64,000 bases of DNA from Acidobacteriota bacterium (GCA_040755995.1 JBFMAF010000010.1:96001-160000), one strand, 5' to 3'; shown: positions 20,485-30,335, numbered from the stretch's first letter. Numbers and translations are program-made. The notes: generated from the letters alone by a model not told the origin.

Positions 20485-21393
20485 TCATCGCTGTGCGGCC
20501 CCGTCGCAGCCCCCGTTGATGATCCTGTGATGCTCGATCGCCTGCTCATCGGACGACGTGGCATCCGCCGGTGCGGATGCGCCAGCAGCGGAGGTCCAGG
20601 TCGCTTGCCACGTGCCGGACTGATACAGGTACCCGCACGGGTAGATGTATAGGCCCGTGTACGCATAGGTTCCCGTGGCTGTGGTGGCCGAGGTGAACTG
20701 CCCGGTGAAGCTGAATGTGCTGCCGGTGAAGCTAAACGAGCCGCCGCTGATGCTGCCTGGGCCCGGCACCGTGGTCTCCGTCCATCCCCAGCAGGACCCG
20801 AAGTTGAAATCGGTCTTCAGCGTGAAGGTCGAGTATTGCGTCCCGCCCGAGAGCACTAGAAAGGACATCGGCTGCGAACGGCTGGTCGTGCCGGTCCAGG
20901 TTCCGGCCGTCGGCACTATGCCCCCACCCGAGCAGTAGATACTCCAGGTGAACGAGGACCACGAAGCCTTCATCTTGTACTTCCTCGGGCCCCACTGCGT
21001 TGTGCCACATGCATCGACCGCGTAGAACGTGTACCTCCGTCCAGCCTCCAGACGCAGCCGCCTCACCGTGTAGGTACCTGGTCCAGTTGCATACCCCTTG
21101 TACTTCCCATCAATGTAAAGCAGCACCTTTCCCCCACAAACGCAGTTCCAATTCAAGATCTTCCAATAGAACTTGATGGAGTTCGCGTCCTGGGGAGACG
21201 TCGCCATCGAATCCTCGCCGCCGACCAATTGCAGCTCCTCGCCGCCAGCCTCCAACCCTCGCACGGCGATCGCTGATTCCAGGGCTTCGCCCGGTACGAG
21301 ATCGTTTCCTCGAGTAGCCGCCGGAGCGGCGGCGCAGACTGCCGCAAGTCCCATGACGAACGCGGCGACTATGAATGCCATTCTCGACCTCAT
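20485..21393 (-). CDS. Secreted hypothetical protein, two Cys/aromatic-rich beta domains
   Basis: AAAGGAGG RBS then ATG 21393; signal peptide (MRSRMAFIVAAFVMGLAAVCAAA); basic beta domain, then Thr/Ser/Gly-rich domain (AGTWTGTT...SGTWQA). Confidence 0.75.
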   Translation of the reverse strand: MRSRMAFIVAAFVMGLAAVCAAAPAATRGNDLVPGEALESAIAVRGLEAGGEELQLVGGEDSMATSPQDANSIKFYWKILNWNCVCGGKVLLYIDGKYKGYATGPGTYTVRRLRLEAGRRYTFYAVDACGTTQWGPRKYKMKASWSSFTWSIYCSGGGIVPTAGTWTGTTSRSQPMSFLVLSGGTQYSTFTLKTDFNFGSCWGWTETTVPGPGSISGGSFSFTGSTFSFTGQFTSATTATGTYAYTGLYIYPCGYLYQSGTWQATWTSAAGASAPADATSSDEQAIEHHRIINGGCDGAAQR

Positions 21394-21511
21394 CGAATCC
21401 TCCTTTCGGGCAACCCACATCTGGACCGTCGACTTCCAACGGGGCAGTCCCACTGAACCTTCAGGTTGGTTTATTACCGTAATCCCATGTCGCGGGGCTG
21501 TTGGCACCGTA

Positions 21512-22282
21512 CTACCTGCCGCAAACGTTGTCAAACGATGCCTTGGTCCCGCTGCCGGAGACAATAAGCCAGACTGTGTCCTGGTCCGGAACAGTGCTGG
21601 TTGTCCCAGAGATCTTGTAGACCTCTTTCCCATTGATTCGCAGCGCAACTCTGTTCGACGCGTAGACAATCCCGATCTTCGTTACGGCCCCGTAGTTCTT
21701 GGCTCCGGCGACGCACCAGCTGTAGCTGTTCCAGTCATAGAAGAGCATGCCGGCGCGCCCGTCTCTCATGAGCACTCCGCCGAACCCATCAATTCTGTAG
21801 CTTCCGATCTGGAACACAGGGCCTTCGTCGTTGAACGGCTGGAAGCCCATCCAGTTGTTATTGACCTTTTTCGCCATGTTCATTTCGAGGGTGAAGAACT
21901 TGCCCGGGTTGAACGTGTGAGCGATGCGGCCGAGGTAGCTCCCGCTGGTGCTGGTCAGCTCCAGCCGCCCTCCCACCATCTTCCTGGATGCATAGCTGGT
22001 TGTCCAGCCCGGCAGCGCTGGCGCGCTGAAGGTCTCAGAGAGCCATGAGCAGCCGGCGGGGTAGGCCGGCTCGGCGAATGGAGCGTCCAACGCCGGTTCG
22101 CCGATCATGACCAGCTCGTCATGTGCCTCGATTGCCGCCAGCATGACCTGCCGGGCATCCGCCAGCGAACCCTTCCTGGGCCAGTGCCGATCGCGCGAGT
22201 GAATGTTTCCGGGCGCAATGACCAAGATTGCTCCGAGCGAAAGCACGATCGAACCCGTTAACAATAGCCTTGTCGACCACAT
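21512..22282 (-). CDS. Secreted hypothetical protein with LamG/ConA-like beta-sandwich
   Basis: AAAGGAGG RBS then ATG 22282; hydrophobic N-terminus; SETFS..LPGWT, VALRINGK, ASFDNV. Confidence 0.75.
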   Translation of the reverse strand: MWSTRLLLTGSIVLSLGAILVIAPGNIHSRDRHWPRKGSLADARQVMLAAIEAHDELVMIGEPALDAPFAEPAYPAGCSWLSETFSAPALPGWTTSYASRKMVGGRLELTSTSGSYLGRIAHTFNPGKFFTLEMNMAKKVNNNWMGFQPFNDEGPVFQIGSYRIDGFGGVLMRDGRAGMLFYDWNSYSWCVAGAKNYGAVTKIGIVYASNRVALRINGKEVYKISGTTSTVPDQDTVWLIVSGSGTKASFDNVCGR

Positions 22283-22419
22283 AACGAACCTCCTTTGTTT
22301 GAAAGACGAGTCCAATACATCCGTTCCGGTGTGGACCAGTTGCTCGGCCTCCGGACGATTCCCTATGGTCCGATGCCCCGGCCCACTTTTCATTCCATTT
22401 ACTCCCTGGTTCATTCAGT

Positions 22420-22446
22420 AGTGGGATCTCGACAGAAACATTTCAT
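22420..22446 (-). promoter_or_regulatory. Putative ECF sigma-dependent promoter (copy 1)
   Basis: ATGAAATG-TTTCTGTCGAG-ATCCCACT; boxes and spacing identical to the copy at 23528-23554. Confidence 0.75.
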
Positions 22447-22554
22447 GCCCGGGCGGCATTCGGGTTTCCACAGTCCATTCCGATCGAAGCCAAAGGTGCA
22501 ATGGAAGGGCCGCGACGGCGCGAGGGGAACAGACAGCGAGCCGTCTGGATGCAG

Positions 22555-23511
22555 CTACTGAAGTTGTATCGAGAAGGAGTAGTCGGCTATGCCCTCGAAT
22601 GTGCCGTCGGCAGCCGGTGCACTTACCGTGAGAATGTAGTCACCGGTCTTCAGGGCCGCAGCGGGGATCATGACGGACAGGACTGGCTCCGCGGGAGTCG
22701 CGGCCAGGCGTACCTCCTGGCTCCAGACGCTCGTGCCCTCGGGCGTGGACACAGTCGTGCGATACGAGCTCGTTTCGAGGGCTGGCTCGACCTCGACCCG
22801 TGCCTGAACAAACTGTGTCTCACGATGAACAACGAGCTTCTGCGCTCCGGCTCCGCGCACCAGGGGGACGAGATCGACGCTCACGAATTGAGGCGGTGCC
22901 GCGGCCGGGCCGCCGGCGACGGGGCCCGGGGCAGGAGCATTCTCACCGCTCGGTGACCGCACTTCGCCGGATCCGCCGCCTCTCAGGAGCCCTGCGATCC
23001 TCCGTTCCAGCATACGCTCGTTCTGTTCAGCCCTTTCCTTCTCCGCCACCATGCTCTGATAGCGCACTTCAGCTCGATGATATTCGAAAGCGAGCCATAC
23101 ACAGAGGAGCACCATTCCCGTCGCGAATGACAGCTGAACAACCGGGGTCTGGAGGCGGAGCAGCGCTACAAAGGCCCGCAATATCGATGACAGCCGGGAC
23201 TCAGATGCCGGTTCCCGCGCCGGTCTTTCCGCCTGCGCGGCAGCCCAATCAATCAGAGATCTTGCGAAGCGCACTCTCTCCATTCGCGCCGGCGTCGTGA
23301 GGAAGTTCTTCTCGAACAACACCTTCTTGTCCGCCGTAAGCTCATCTTTCACGTATTGGTCGATGAGCTCGTCCTCGACGACGCTGATCCGCTCGAACAG
23401 CGCATCATCGGTCATGTAGCGCTTTTCGAGCTCGATCTCTTCATCCGCCGGCAGACTCCTGAGGAGGTAGTCAACGATGAGTTCGTCTTCCATTCTGCTC
23501 GTCCGGCTCAT
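22555..23511 (-). CDS. Putative anti-sigma factor: cytoplasmic helical domain, single TM, coiled coil, extracytoplasmic Ig-like domain
   Basis: DYLL..L..DEE.ELE.RY...EDELIDQYV N-terminus; TM LSFATGMVLLCVWLAF; beta-rich C-terminus (LKTGDYILTV); directly after ECF sigma. Confidence 0.7.
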   Translation of the reverse strand: MSRTSRMEDELIVDYLLRSLPADEEIELEKRYMTDDALFERISVVEDELIDQYVKDELTADKKVLFEKNFLTTPARMERVRFARSLIDWAAAQAERPAREPASESRLSSILRAFVALLRLQTPVVQLSFATGMVLLCVWLAFEYHRAEVRYQSMVAEKERAEQNERMLERRIAGLLRGGGSGEVRSPSGENAPAPGPVAGGPAAAPPQFVSVDLVPLVRGAGAQKLVVHRETQFVQARVEVEPALETSSYRTTVSTPEGTSVWSQEVRLAATPAEPVLSVMIPAAALKTGDYILTVSAPAADGTFEGIADYSFSIQLQ

Positions 23512-23527
23512 AAGGCTCCCTTATTCC

Positions 23528-23554
23528 AGTGGGATACTCCCCGAATCATTTCAT
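23528..23554 (-). promoter_or_regulatory. Putative ECF sigma-dependent promoter (copy 2), overlapping sigma stop codon
   Basis: ATGAAATG-ATTCGGGGAGT-ATCCCACT, 16 nt upstream of the anti-sigma ATG. Confidence 0.75.
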
Positions 23555-24154
23555 CAGTGCTTCAATGCACGCCCGGATCTCTTCCTTGATCCGGAGTATC
23601 CGAAGTCTCAGTGCATTGATCGAGACGCCCAACCGGCGGGCGAGCTCGTTTCTGGCCTCGATCTTGGCGCGCCCTCTGTCGCCGTAATAAGCGATGACCA
23701 GGTCGCGCTCCTGCTGAGCCAGTCGGCCCATGCACTCGTTCAGAGACTCGATCCTTTGTTCCTTGCTGAGTCTCTCCGCCTCCTCCGCCTCCTGCTCGAC
23801 CGGGTTGACCGCAGGTTCCACCAGACAGCCCGCGCCTCCGGTCTTCGCCGTGGCGTCCCAGTACTCGTGCAGCACGTTTCTGGCTACGCCAAGGAAGTAG
23901 GTCGCAGGCTGATCGGCCATGATGACAAGGCCGTCGTTCAGCCTGGCTGCCACACGGAAGAACACTTCGTCGGCCAGGTCGGCGGCACTTGGGCAGCCCT
24001 TCCACTCGAGAAACCGGATCAGCTTCCTGCGAATAAGCAGGTACTGCTCGCCGGCGCGATCCGGGTCCGGATGGAGCTGCGACATCAAGAGGCGCAGCGA
24101 GTCTGCGGTGAGAGCCCTCGCTCGCTTCCGCGGCTCCGAGGCCTCACCCGTCAT
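23546..24154 (-). CDS. ECF-type RNA polymerase sigma factor
   Basis: Region 2 (AADLADEVFFRV, YFLGVARNV) and region 4 (CMGRL...ERDLVIAYY, ELARRLGVSINALRLR). Confidence 0.85.
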   Translation of the reverse strand: MTGEASEPRKRARALTADSLRLLMSQLHPDPDRAGEQYLLIRRKLIRFLEWKGCPSAADLADEVFFRVAARLNDGLVIMADQPATYFLGVARNVLHEYWDATAKTGGAGCLVEPAVNPVEQEAEEAERLSKEQRIESLNECMGRLAQQERDLVIAYYGDRGRAKIEARNELARRLGVSINALRLRILRIKEEIRACIEALMK

Positions 24155-24262
24155 GGTTGTCCGCGGCCCGGCCTACAGGCGTCGAGCCGGCAGTGCTATA
24201 CAGCGCGTCATGCACTACGCCGACTCGTTGAAGTCCTTGCGGACTTATGACCCGCTGTACAG

Positions 24263-27200
24263 TCAATTCCAGTCGCCCTGGAGCACGAACGCGGCCCAGT
24301 AGAACGGCTGGGACCATCGCGGGCTCTTCAGCATCCCGATCTGAGCGGCGCGGAGGGCCGCCGCTGGAGGCAGGCGCCGCGTGCCCAGCATGGCGTCGTA
24401 GAAGCGGTTCATGAGCTCCGCGGTCGCGGTATCCTCCACCTTCCACAGACTCGCCAGTACACGTTTCGATCCCGCATACATGAAGCCTCTGGTAAGGCCC
24501 ACAAGACCCTCTCCCTTGATCTCCTTGCCGAGCGCCGTCTGGCAGGCGCTCAGCACGACGAGGTCCGCCGCGAGCCTCATGTTGTAAATGTCATAGAGCT
24601 TGAGGAATCCGTCCTGAGGGCCGCCCTTCGGATCGACGAGTGAAAGGAGGACGCCCGACAGCTCAGGGGTGACATTGTCGAGGATCCCGTGCGTCGCGAA
24701 GTGCACAATTCTATATTGGGAGATTTCGTCGCTCATGGCGGTCCCCCTGCTGGCATCGAAGTCCATAGCCAGCTTCCGGAGGGCGGCGGGTACTGAACGA
24801 GTGATGGACTGAGCTTCTCGGCGGGTAAAAGGGAGTCGTGGAATCGCGACCGAGCCCTGCCCCAGGCCAATATCGCGCACCGCGCGTCCGACGCCGAAGG
24901 GGGACACAGGCGTCTCAACGTTGCCGGTGGATGCTGATGCCCCCACGCGAGGATCACCGCGCTCGAACACGGGATCGGCGAACACCGCTACCGTCTTCGA
25001 CGCCGGCTTCCGATCGCCCACTTCTCGTCTCAGCTCGGCCAAGGCGGATGCTGAGGGAAGGTTCAGCACTTCGCATCGGGCGACGAGCGGTTCATACGCC
25101 TGGCGCGGCCCTGCGCCCTCGGATGGCGGCAGGGGCAGAGCGGCGAATGGCACGTACTGCAGCGCTCCGTCAGCGACTACCAGCAGCCGTCTGGGGCTCA
25201 GCTTCGCCAGTGGGCCAAGGATCATCTGGCTCAGGCTGACGGCAGCGGTGCGAAAGTCCAAATCCGCTCGTTCGATGCGCGCGCGCCTCGCCGTCAAGCT
25301 CTCGCCGTCGACTTGCCGATTGCGTTCATTCAGCAGACGATAGACGTCGCGAGCCGAGGCCTCGATCTCCGCGCGTCCCGGCAGCCTGTAGGAATCCAGT
25401 CGATCGGGCCCGACGACCCAGCAGTAGCTTTCCTCATCGCCCAGCGCGTATTCCAGGAGGAACGCGCCTTCCCCGGTGATTTCTTCTTGAATCTGCCCGA
25501 CTCCGAGGGGCGCGGGCTGCGTCAGGGCAGCGTAATGAGGGCTCTTCTCGCGTATCTCCGCCTCAACCTGCTGGTACTCATGCGTGAGTGATGCGATCTC
25601 GCTCGCAAGGGCGGCGGCCTGCGCCGGCGTGTGTTTTCCGCTGAGGAGGCGTATCTGGCGTTCGGCCTTGGCACTCAGCCGCTCCCTCAGAGACCTCTCC
25701 TTCTGCAGGAGCGCTTCATCGACGCCCGCGCGTATGTCGATGCTGCCCTCGGCAAGCATCTCCAGGAGGCTCCGCGCTCGAGCGCGCTCGCTGGCCTCCA
25801 GTGCCTCCCGCTCATGTCCCTCCTCGGTCTTCTGCCGATTCATCTCCATGAGTAGTCGTATATAGAACTCGTAGTATCGCTGGGCCGTGGCGAAGTAGGA
25901 CGCGCGGAGCTTCTCCGTTGCCAGTCCTGCCCGGATTGACTCGACGATATCGAGGGCGGCCTCGATATCGCGGCGCGCTTCGGATAGCTTGCCGGCGGTG
26001 AACTCCAGCTCGGCGAGTCCCCAAAGCGTCTCAGCCTCGCCGCCCCGGTCGGCGACGTCGCGTCGCACGGACAGAGCACCGTTCAGATATTCTGTGGACT
26101 CCTGGACATGGCCGACGGACTTCTCGGCCATGCCCATGTTGTGGAGGGTTGCGGCCTCTCCAAACTTGTCCCCGGTTTGAATCCGCAGCGGGAGTGCCTG
26201 GTTGTAATACTCCATCGCCTTCTGCGGCTGGTCCGCCTTCGCATAGGCGCTTCCGATGTTGTGCAGAACGTTCGCCTCTTCCGACCGGTCCTGCACGGAC
26301 CTGGCTAGCGACAAGGCCTTATCGTAGTAACCCAGCGCTTCCTGCGTGTCTCCCAGACTCACCCGAACGGCTCCCATGTTGTTCATGACTACGGCCTGGC
26401 CCCCACGATTCCCTGCCGCCTCCCAGAGCGCCTGGGACCGCTTGTAGTAGCTCAGCGCCGTCTCAGTCTCTCCGACTGAGTTGTACAGATCGCCGACGTT
26501 GTTCAGGACTGATGCTTCAGTGTCCTTGTCGCCGACGTCCCTAAGTAGACCGAGAGCCGCGTTGTAATCATCGAGCGCCGCCTGTATCTCGTCCAATGAT
26601 GACAATGCGGCGCCGATGTTCGACAGCGTTATGGCCTCGCCCCTCTTGTCGTTCAGGGCACGGCGCAGGGGCAACGCCTGGTTATGATACTCGAGTGCCT
26701 TGCGCTTCTCGCCCAACGAATCATAGACCGCCGCGATATTGTTGAGCGTGATCACTTCACCCATGGCTTCCTTCGCTTCGCGGACGATGGCCAAGACCCG
26801 TGTGTAGCATTCGAGCGCCTTCGCGTTCTCGCTGACAGACCAGTAGACAAGGCCCAGGTTGTTGAGCGCCCCGGCCTCTCCCATCTTGTCCCCACGCGTC
26901 CTCAGTATCGCCACAGACCGATTCAGGCTCTCGATCGCCCGGTCTTTGTTCCCAAGTGCGTTATTGATCAGGCCGATATTGGCGAGCATCTCCGCTTCGC
27001 CCGCTTCGTCCTTCAATGCGCGAATGATGTCGATCGCCTTCGTGAAGTGGTCTAGTGAGCTCGGCATGTCGCCGCGGAGGTACGAGATCTCGCCCAGCTT
27101 GGAGAGTGTGAGCGCGCACTTCTGATCTTCGGCGGCTGCGCGGAAGTGCTTCAGGGCTCCGTCGTACTTTCCTGCCGCATTCCCGAGCGATTCAGCAGTC

Positions 27201-27730
27201 ATCCCTGCCTGCAACCGTTGCGCTTCTGCGAAATCCCGTTCTCCCGCGACCAGGTCACGATCTCGAGGTGAGGCCTTCCGGATCTCATCCAACCTCACTT
27301 CATAGCGTCCAGCCGATGCCGACGCGTCCGGAAGGCGAATCTCCAATCTGTAGACCCCTGGCAGGTCTACGATCATCGACAGCGCGGCTGTGCCCTCGAC
27401 TTCGCCGGCACGATCAGTCCGCGCCACGCTCGCGCCGTCCGGGGCGCGGACTTCGAGCTCGACGTCAACGCCGCGCCGATCGACAACAAGGCGCAGATAT
27501 TGACCCGCCGTCGCCCGGATCTCGTAGAAATGCGACTGTCCTCCACTGATCTCCCTTGCCACCGGCGTGCCGATCCCCAATTCGGTCGCTTCCACCGAAG
27601 GGCCCGGCGCTGCGGGACTTGTGTTGCTCGCGAACAGAGCATGCGAACCGCAACCCGGCGGCGAAGTGAGAATGCTCCCAAGTGAGAGCGCGGCCGTCAA
27701 GGCGAAATGGATGCCATTGCTTGTCTTCAT
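24263..27730 (-). CDS. Exported TPR-CHAT (caspase-like) protease with PPC-like domain
   Basis: Hydrophobic N-terminus from ATG 27730; PPC-like domain; about 10 TPRs (EA..LNNIG..Y..LG); LLVVADGALQYVPF, VHFATHG and VVLSACQT (His-Cys dyad), SLWKV, YWAAFVLQG. Confidence 0.93.
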   Translation of the reverse strand: MKTSNGIHFALTAALSLGSILTSPPGCGSHALFASNTSPAAPGPSVEATELGIGTPVAREISGGQSHFYEIRATAGQYLRLVVDRRGVDVELEVRAPDGASVARTDRAGEVEGTAALSMIVDLPGVYRLEIRLPDASASAGRYEVRLDEIRKASPRDRDLVAGERDFAEAQRLQAGMTAESLGNAAGKYDGALKHFRAAAEDQKCALTLSKLGEISYLRGDMPSSLDHFTKAIDIIRALKDEAGEAEMLANIGLINNALGNKDRAIESLNRSVAILRTRGDKMGEAGALNNLGLVYWSVSENAKALECYTRVLAIVREAKEAMGEVITLNNIAAVYDSLGEKRKALEYHNQALPLRRALNDKRGEAITLSNIGAALSSLDEIQAALDDYNAALGLLRDVGDKDTEASVLNNVGDLYNSVGETETALSYYKRSQALWEAAGNRGGQAVVMNNMGAVRVSLGDTQEALGYYDKALSLARSVQDRSEEANVLHNIGSAYAKADQPQKAMEYYNQALPLRIQTGDKFGEAATLHNMGMAEKSVGHVQESTEYLNGALSVRRDVADRGGEAETLWGLAELEFTAGKLSEARRDIEAALDIVESIRAGLATEKLRASYFATAQRYYEFYIRLLMEMNRQKTEEGHEREALEASERARARSLLEMLAEGSIDIRAGVDEALLQKERSLRERLSAKAERQIRLLSGKHTPAQAAALASEIASLTHEYQQVEAEIREKSPHYAALTQPAPLGVGQIQEEITGEGAFLLEYALGDEESYCWVVGPDRLDSYRLPGRAEIEASARDVYRLLNERNRQVDGESLTARRARIERADLDFRTAAVSLSQMILGPLAKLSPRRLLVVADGALQYVPFAALPLPPSEGAGPRQAYEPLVARCEVLNLPSASALAELRREVGDRKPASKTVAVFADPVFERGDPRVGASASTGNVETPVSPFGVGRAVRDIGLGQGSVAIPRLPFTRREAQSITRSVPAALRKLAMDFDASRGTAMSDEISQYRIVHFATHGILDNVTPELSGVLLSLVDPKGGPQDGFLKLYDIYNMRLAADLVVLSACQTALGKEIKGEGLVGLTRGFMYAGSKRVLASLWKVEDTATAELMNRFYDAMLGTRRLPPAAALRAAQIGMLKSPRWSQPFYWAAFVLQGDWN

Positions 27731-27952
27731 TCTCGCTAGATCCCCTCGGTTAAATCGTCGTCTTGGACGAGCAGCTCCGCAGACAACGATCAGTCCTCTA
27801 CCGACTACCCTATCGGGTAACACCTGGGGCGTCAAGCACCTCGCTTCTACTTCTACTCAACGTGAGCGGCTGAGAGCGAGTGCCGGCTCCATTGAGTTCG
27901 CGAACCTCCTGAGGGGTCAGCGACGAGGGTGCGCCTGCACCCGCAGGCGCGA

Positions 27953-28801
27953 CTAGATCGCCTGGCGGTAGTCGCCCGGTGTTCGCCTCGTGATCTTCTT
28001 GAAGACACGGCAGAAGTAGGCCGGATCGCGGTAGCCGCACTGCCGGGCTACCTCCTCTACTCGCAGCCGGTACGTCTTGAGAAGGTACTTGGCTCTGTCG
28101 ACGCGCACATAGGCCAGGTAGTCGCAGAACTTCATGCTGCCGTGCACCCGGAAAAGCCGCGAGAGGTGGTTTGGACTGATGCCGAACTCGGCGGCCGCGC
28201 TGTCCCTCGTGATTACGTGCTGGTAGTTGTGCTGGAGATAGCCGCAGATCTCATCCATCAATTGCCTGCCCTTGCTCTTTCTCGTGAGCGACGGCTCGGC
28301 CACCATGTCGCGCAGACAGAACAGGAGCGCGCGGACGAGATCGGGGAGCGCTGCATGGGGCGCAGCTTTCGGCTGCAGCTCGATCATCGCGGCGAGCACC
28401 TTCTCGGCAGGCCCGCCGAGCGGCTGAGGGAGGGCAAGCTTGTCGGCACGGAGAGTGCCCCGGCGCGCACGGCGAGCTGTGACAACACTGATGCCGATCT
28501 GTCTCCTTCCGAAGAGGAACGCAATCACTCGCACCGGGTGCCGCCACGTGGGCCGGTTCCAGCAGTTCGGAGGCGCGAACACCGCGTCACCCGGGGCTGG
28601 CGCGATCAGCGTCGGCTTGCCCGCTCGTTCGATTTCCATCTCGTATCTCCCCTGTAGCGGTAGCTCCAATCTTGCGAAGTTGACCACGTGACTGAGGAGG
28701 GGAGGCGAGGTGAGGCGGCCGCACACGTAGACATGGCGCAGTGGACTGCGCAGGATTCGATCCAGGGTGTCGATCACGAGGCGCTGCAAGCTCATGGCCA
28801 C
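27953..28801 (-). CDS. AraC family regulator, YijO-like
   Basis: VNFARLEL, PGDAVFAPPNCWN..W, LFGRRQIG; C-terminal double HTH (ISPNHLSRLF, CGYRDPAYFCRVFKK); divergent from PTS operon. Confidence 0.9.
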   Translation of the reverse strand: MAMSLQRLVIDTLDRILRSPLRHVYVCGRLTSPPLLSHVVNFARLELPLQGRYEMEIERAGKPTLIAPAPGDAVFAPPNCWNRPTWRHPVRVIAFLFGRRQIGISVVTARRARRGTLRADKLALPQPLGGPAEKVLAAMIELQPKAAPHAALPDLVRALLFCLRDMVAEPSLTRKSKGRQLMDEICGYLQHNYQHVITRDSAAAEFGISPNHLSRLFRVHGSMKFCDYLAYVRVDRAKYLLKTYRLRVEEVARQCGYRDPAYFCRVFKKITRRTPGDYRQAI

Positions 28802-28952
28802 TCACGAATGTTACGATTATCCAGTGAATAATACATCTTTCCTCTTGCCGGCGATGCGGGCCCGTAGGATGATTCGTGCGCCTGGATGTGGCTCGCGGTC
28901 TCCAGGCGCGTGAGGAGAGTGGACGCGCGACCGCGGGGAGGGAGCAAGAACG

Positions 28953-30029
28953 ATGTTACAGCAGCACAAGCAGTACCTGCTCACCGGGGTGTCGTATGTG
29001 GTGCCGTTCATCGCATGCGGCGGCATCCTGATCGCGAGTGCGATCGCGTTCGCGCCTATGACGGCCGCGGGGCCGGATTTCTCTCATTCGCCTGTGCTCG
29101 AACTCGTCGTTGACATCGGTTCGGCGGCCTTCGCCCTGGCCATGCCCGTTCTGGCCGGATTCATCGCACACGGGATCGCCGGCAGGCCGGGGTTGGTTCC
29201 AGGCATGATCGGCGGCTTCATCGCCAACCAGCCGTTCGCCGTAACGGTAGGCGGTCAGACCCAAGGGGTGAAGGCCGGCTTCCTCGGAGCCCTACTGGCA
29301 GGGCTTCTGGCAGGGCACCTGGTCAATCTCGTCAAGAAGGCTCCGATCCCGAAGTTCGCCCGGCCGGTCATGCCCATCATTGTGATCCCGGCGCTCACCG
29401 GAGTCATGATCGGCGTGGTGATGTTCAAGTTCGTGGGTGAACCGGTCGCCTCGCTCATGGCGTCGCTGAGCCGTGGCCTCGACACGATGGGGCAGGGCAA
29501 CGCTGTCCTGCTTGCCGCCGTGCTCGGTGCGATGATCGCGTTTGACATGGGGGGACCTGTGAACAAGGCGGCCTTCTTCTTCGGTGCCGCAATGATTCAG
29601 AACAACCCGCCGAACTATACCATCATGGGTTGTACGGCCGCCGCCATATGCACACCTCCACTCGGCCTCGCTCTCGCCACTCTGGTCCACCGCAAGCTCT
29701 GGACGGAAGAGCAGCGCGAGTCCGGGATCGCGGCGCTGGGCATGGGAATGATCGGCATTACCGAGGGTGCGATCCCGTTCGCCGCCGCCGACCCGGTGCG
29801 CGTCATCCCAAGCATCATGCTGGGCTCGATGGTGGCCGCCGTGATCGCCATGCTGGGGGCCGTTGGCGACCACGCTCCACACGGCGGCCCGATCGTATTG
29901 CCCGCCGTGGTCAACCGCATGCCGTACGTCGTGGCGATCGTGGCCGGAACGGTGGTCACCGCTTTGACAATCAATCTCCTCAAGCTCCTGACCGAAAACA
30001 ATCGAGACGCAAAGGATCAACGAGGATGA
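28953..30029 (+). CDS. PTS fructose/mannose-family EIIC (FrwC-like)
   Basis: LLTGVSYVVPF, FDMGGPVNK, ICTPPLG, GITEGAIPFAAADP, APHGG. Confidence 0.93.
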   Translation: MLQQHKQYLLTGVSYVVPFIACGGILIASAIAFAPMTAAGPDFSHSPVLELVVDIGSAAFALAMPVLAGFIAHGIAGRPGLVPGMIGGFIANQPFAVTVGGQTQGVKAGFLGALLAGLLAGHLVNLVKKAPIPKFARPVMPIIVIPALTGVMIGVVMFKFVGEPVASLMASLSRGLDTMGQGNAVLLAAVLGAMIAFDMGGPVNKAAFFFGAAMIQNNPPNYTIMGCTAAAICTPPLGLALATLVHRKLWTEEQRESGIAALGMGMIGITEGAIPFAAADPVRVIPSIMLGSMVAAVIAMLGAVGDHAPHGGPIVLPAVVNRMPYVVAIVAGTVVTALTINLLKLLTENNRDAKDQRG

Positions 30030-30319
30030 GAATCGTTGCAGTCACGGCCTGTCCCACCGGCATCGCTCACACTTACATGGCGGCCGAGCAGCTTGAGAAG
30101 ACGGCAAAGAGGCTCGGTCACATCATCAAGGTCGAGACCCAGGGCGCCATGGGAATCGAGAATGAGCTCCGGCAGAGCGACATCGACGCCGCAGAGGTGG
30201 CCATCTTTGCAACAGACATCGCGGTCGAGCAACCGGAACGCTTCGCTCGAATCCGCACTGTCACGGTCCCCGTGCAGTTGGTGCTCAGAGATCCTGCAGC
30301 CGTCTTCGACAAACTGTGA
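30026..30319 (+). CDS. PTS fructose-family EIIB (FrwB-like)
   Basis: MRIVAVTACPTGIAHTYMAAE, VETQG; ATGA overlap with EIIC. Confidence 0.93.
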   Translation: MRIVAVTACPTGIAHTYMAAEQLEKTAKRLGHIIKVETQGAMGIENELRQSDIDAAEVAIFATDIAVEQPERFARIRTVTVPVQLVLRDPAAVFDKL

Positions 30320-30335
30320 GCGCACCGGGGCAGTC

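Noticed and set aside
24263..27730. CRISPR type III-E (Craspase) locus
   Set aside because: No cas genes or repeat-spacer array in the window; the TPR-CHAT/sigma resemblance is only an analogy
27795..27821. IscR-like site upstream of the CHAT gene
   Set aside because: Needs two gaps to fit the consensus; likely chance
30036..30335. Long N-terminal extensions in the ORF track (also 32369, 27835, 60081, 21669, 322)
   Set aside because: They overlap upstream genes or lie upstream of the RBS, signal peptide or first conserved domain; downstream starts were chosen
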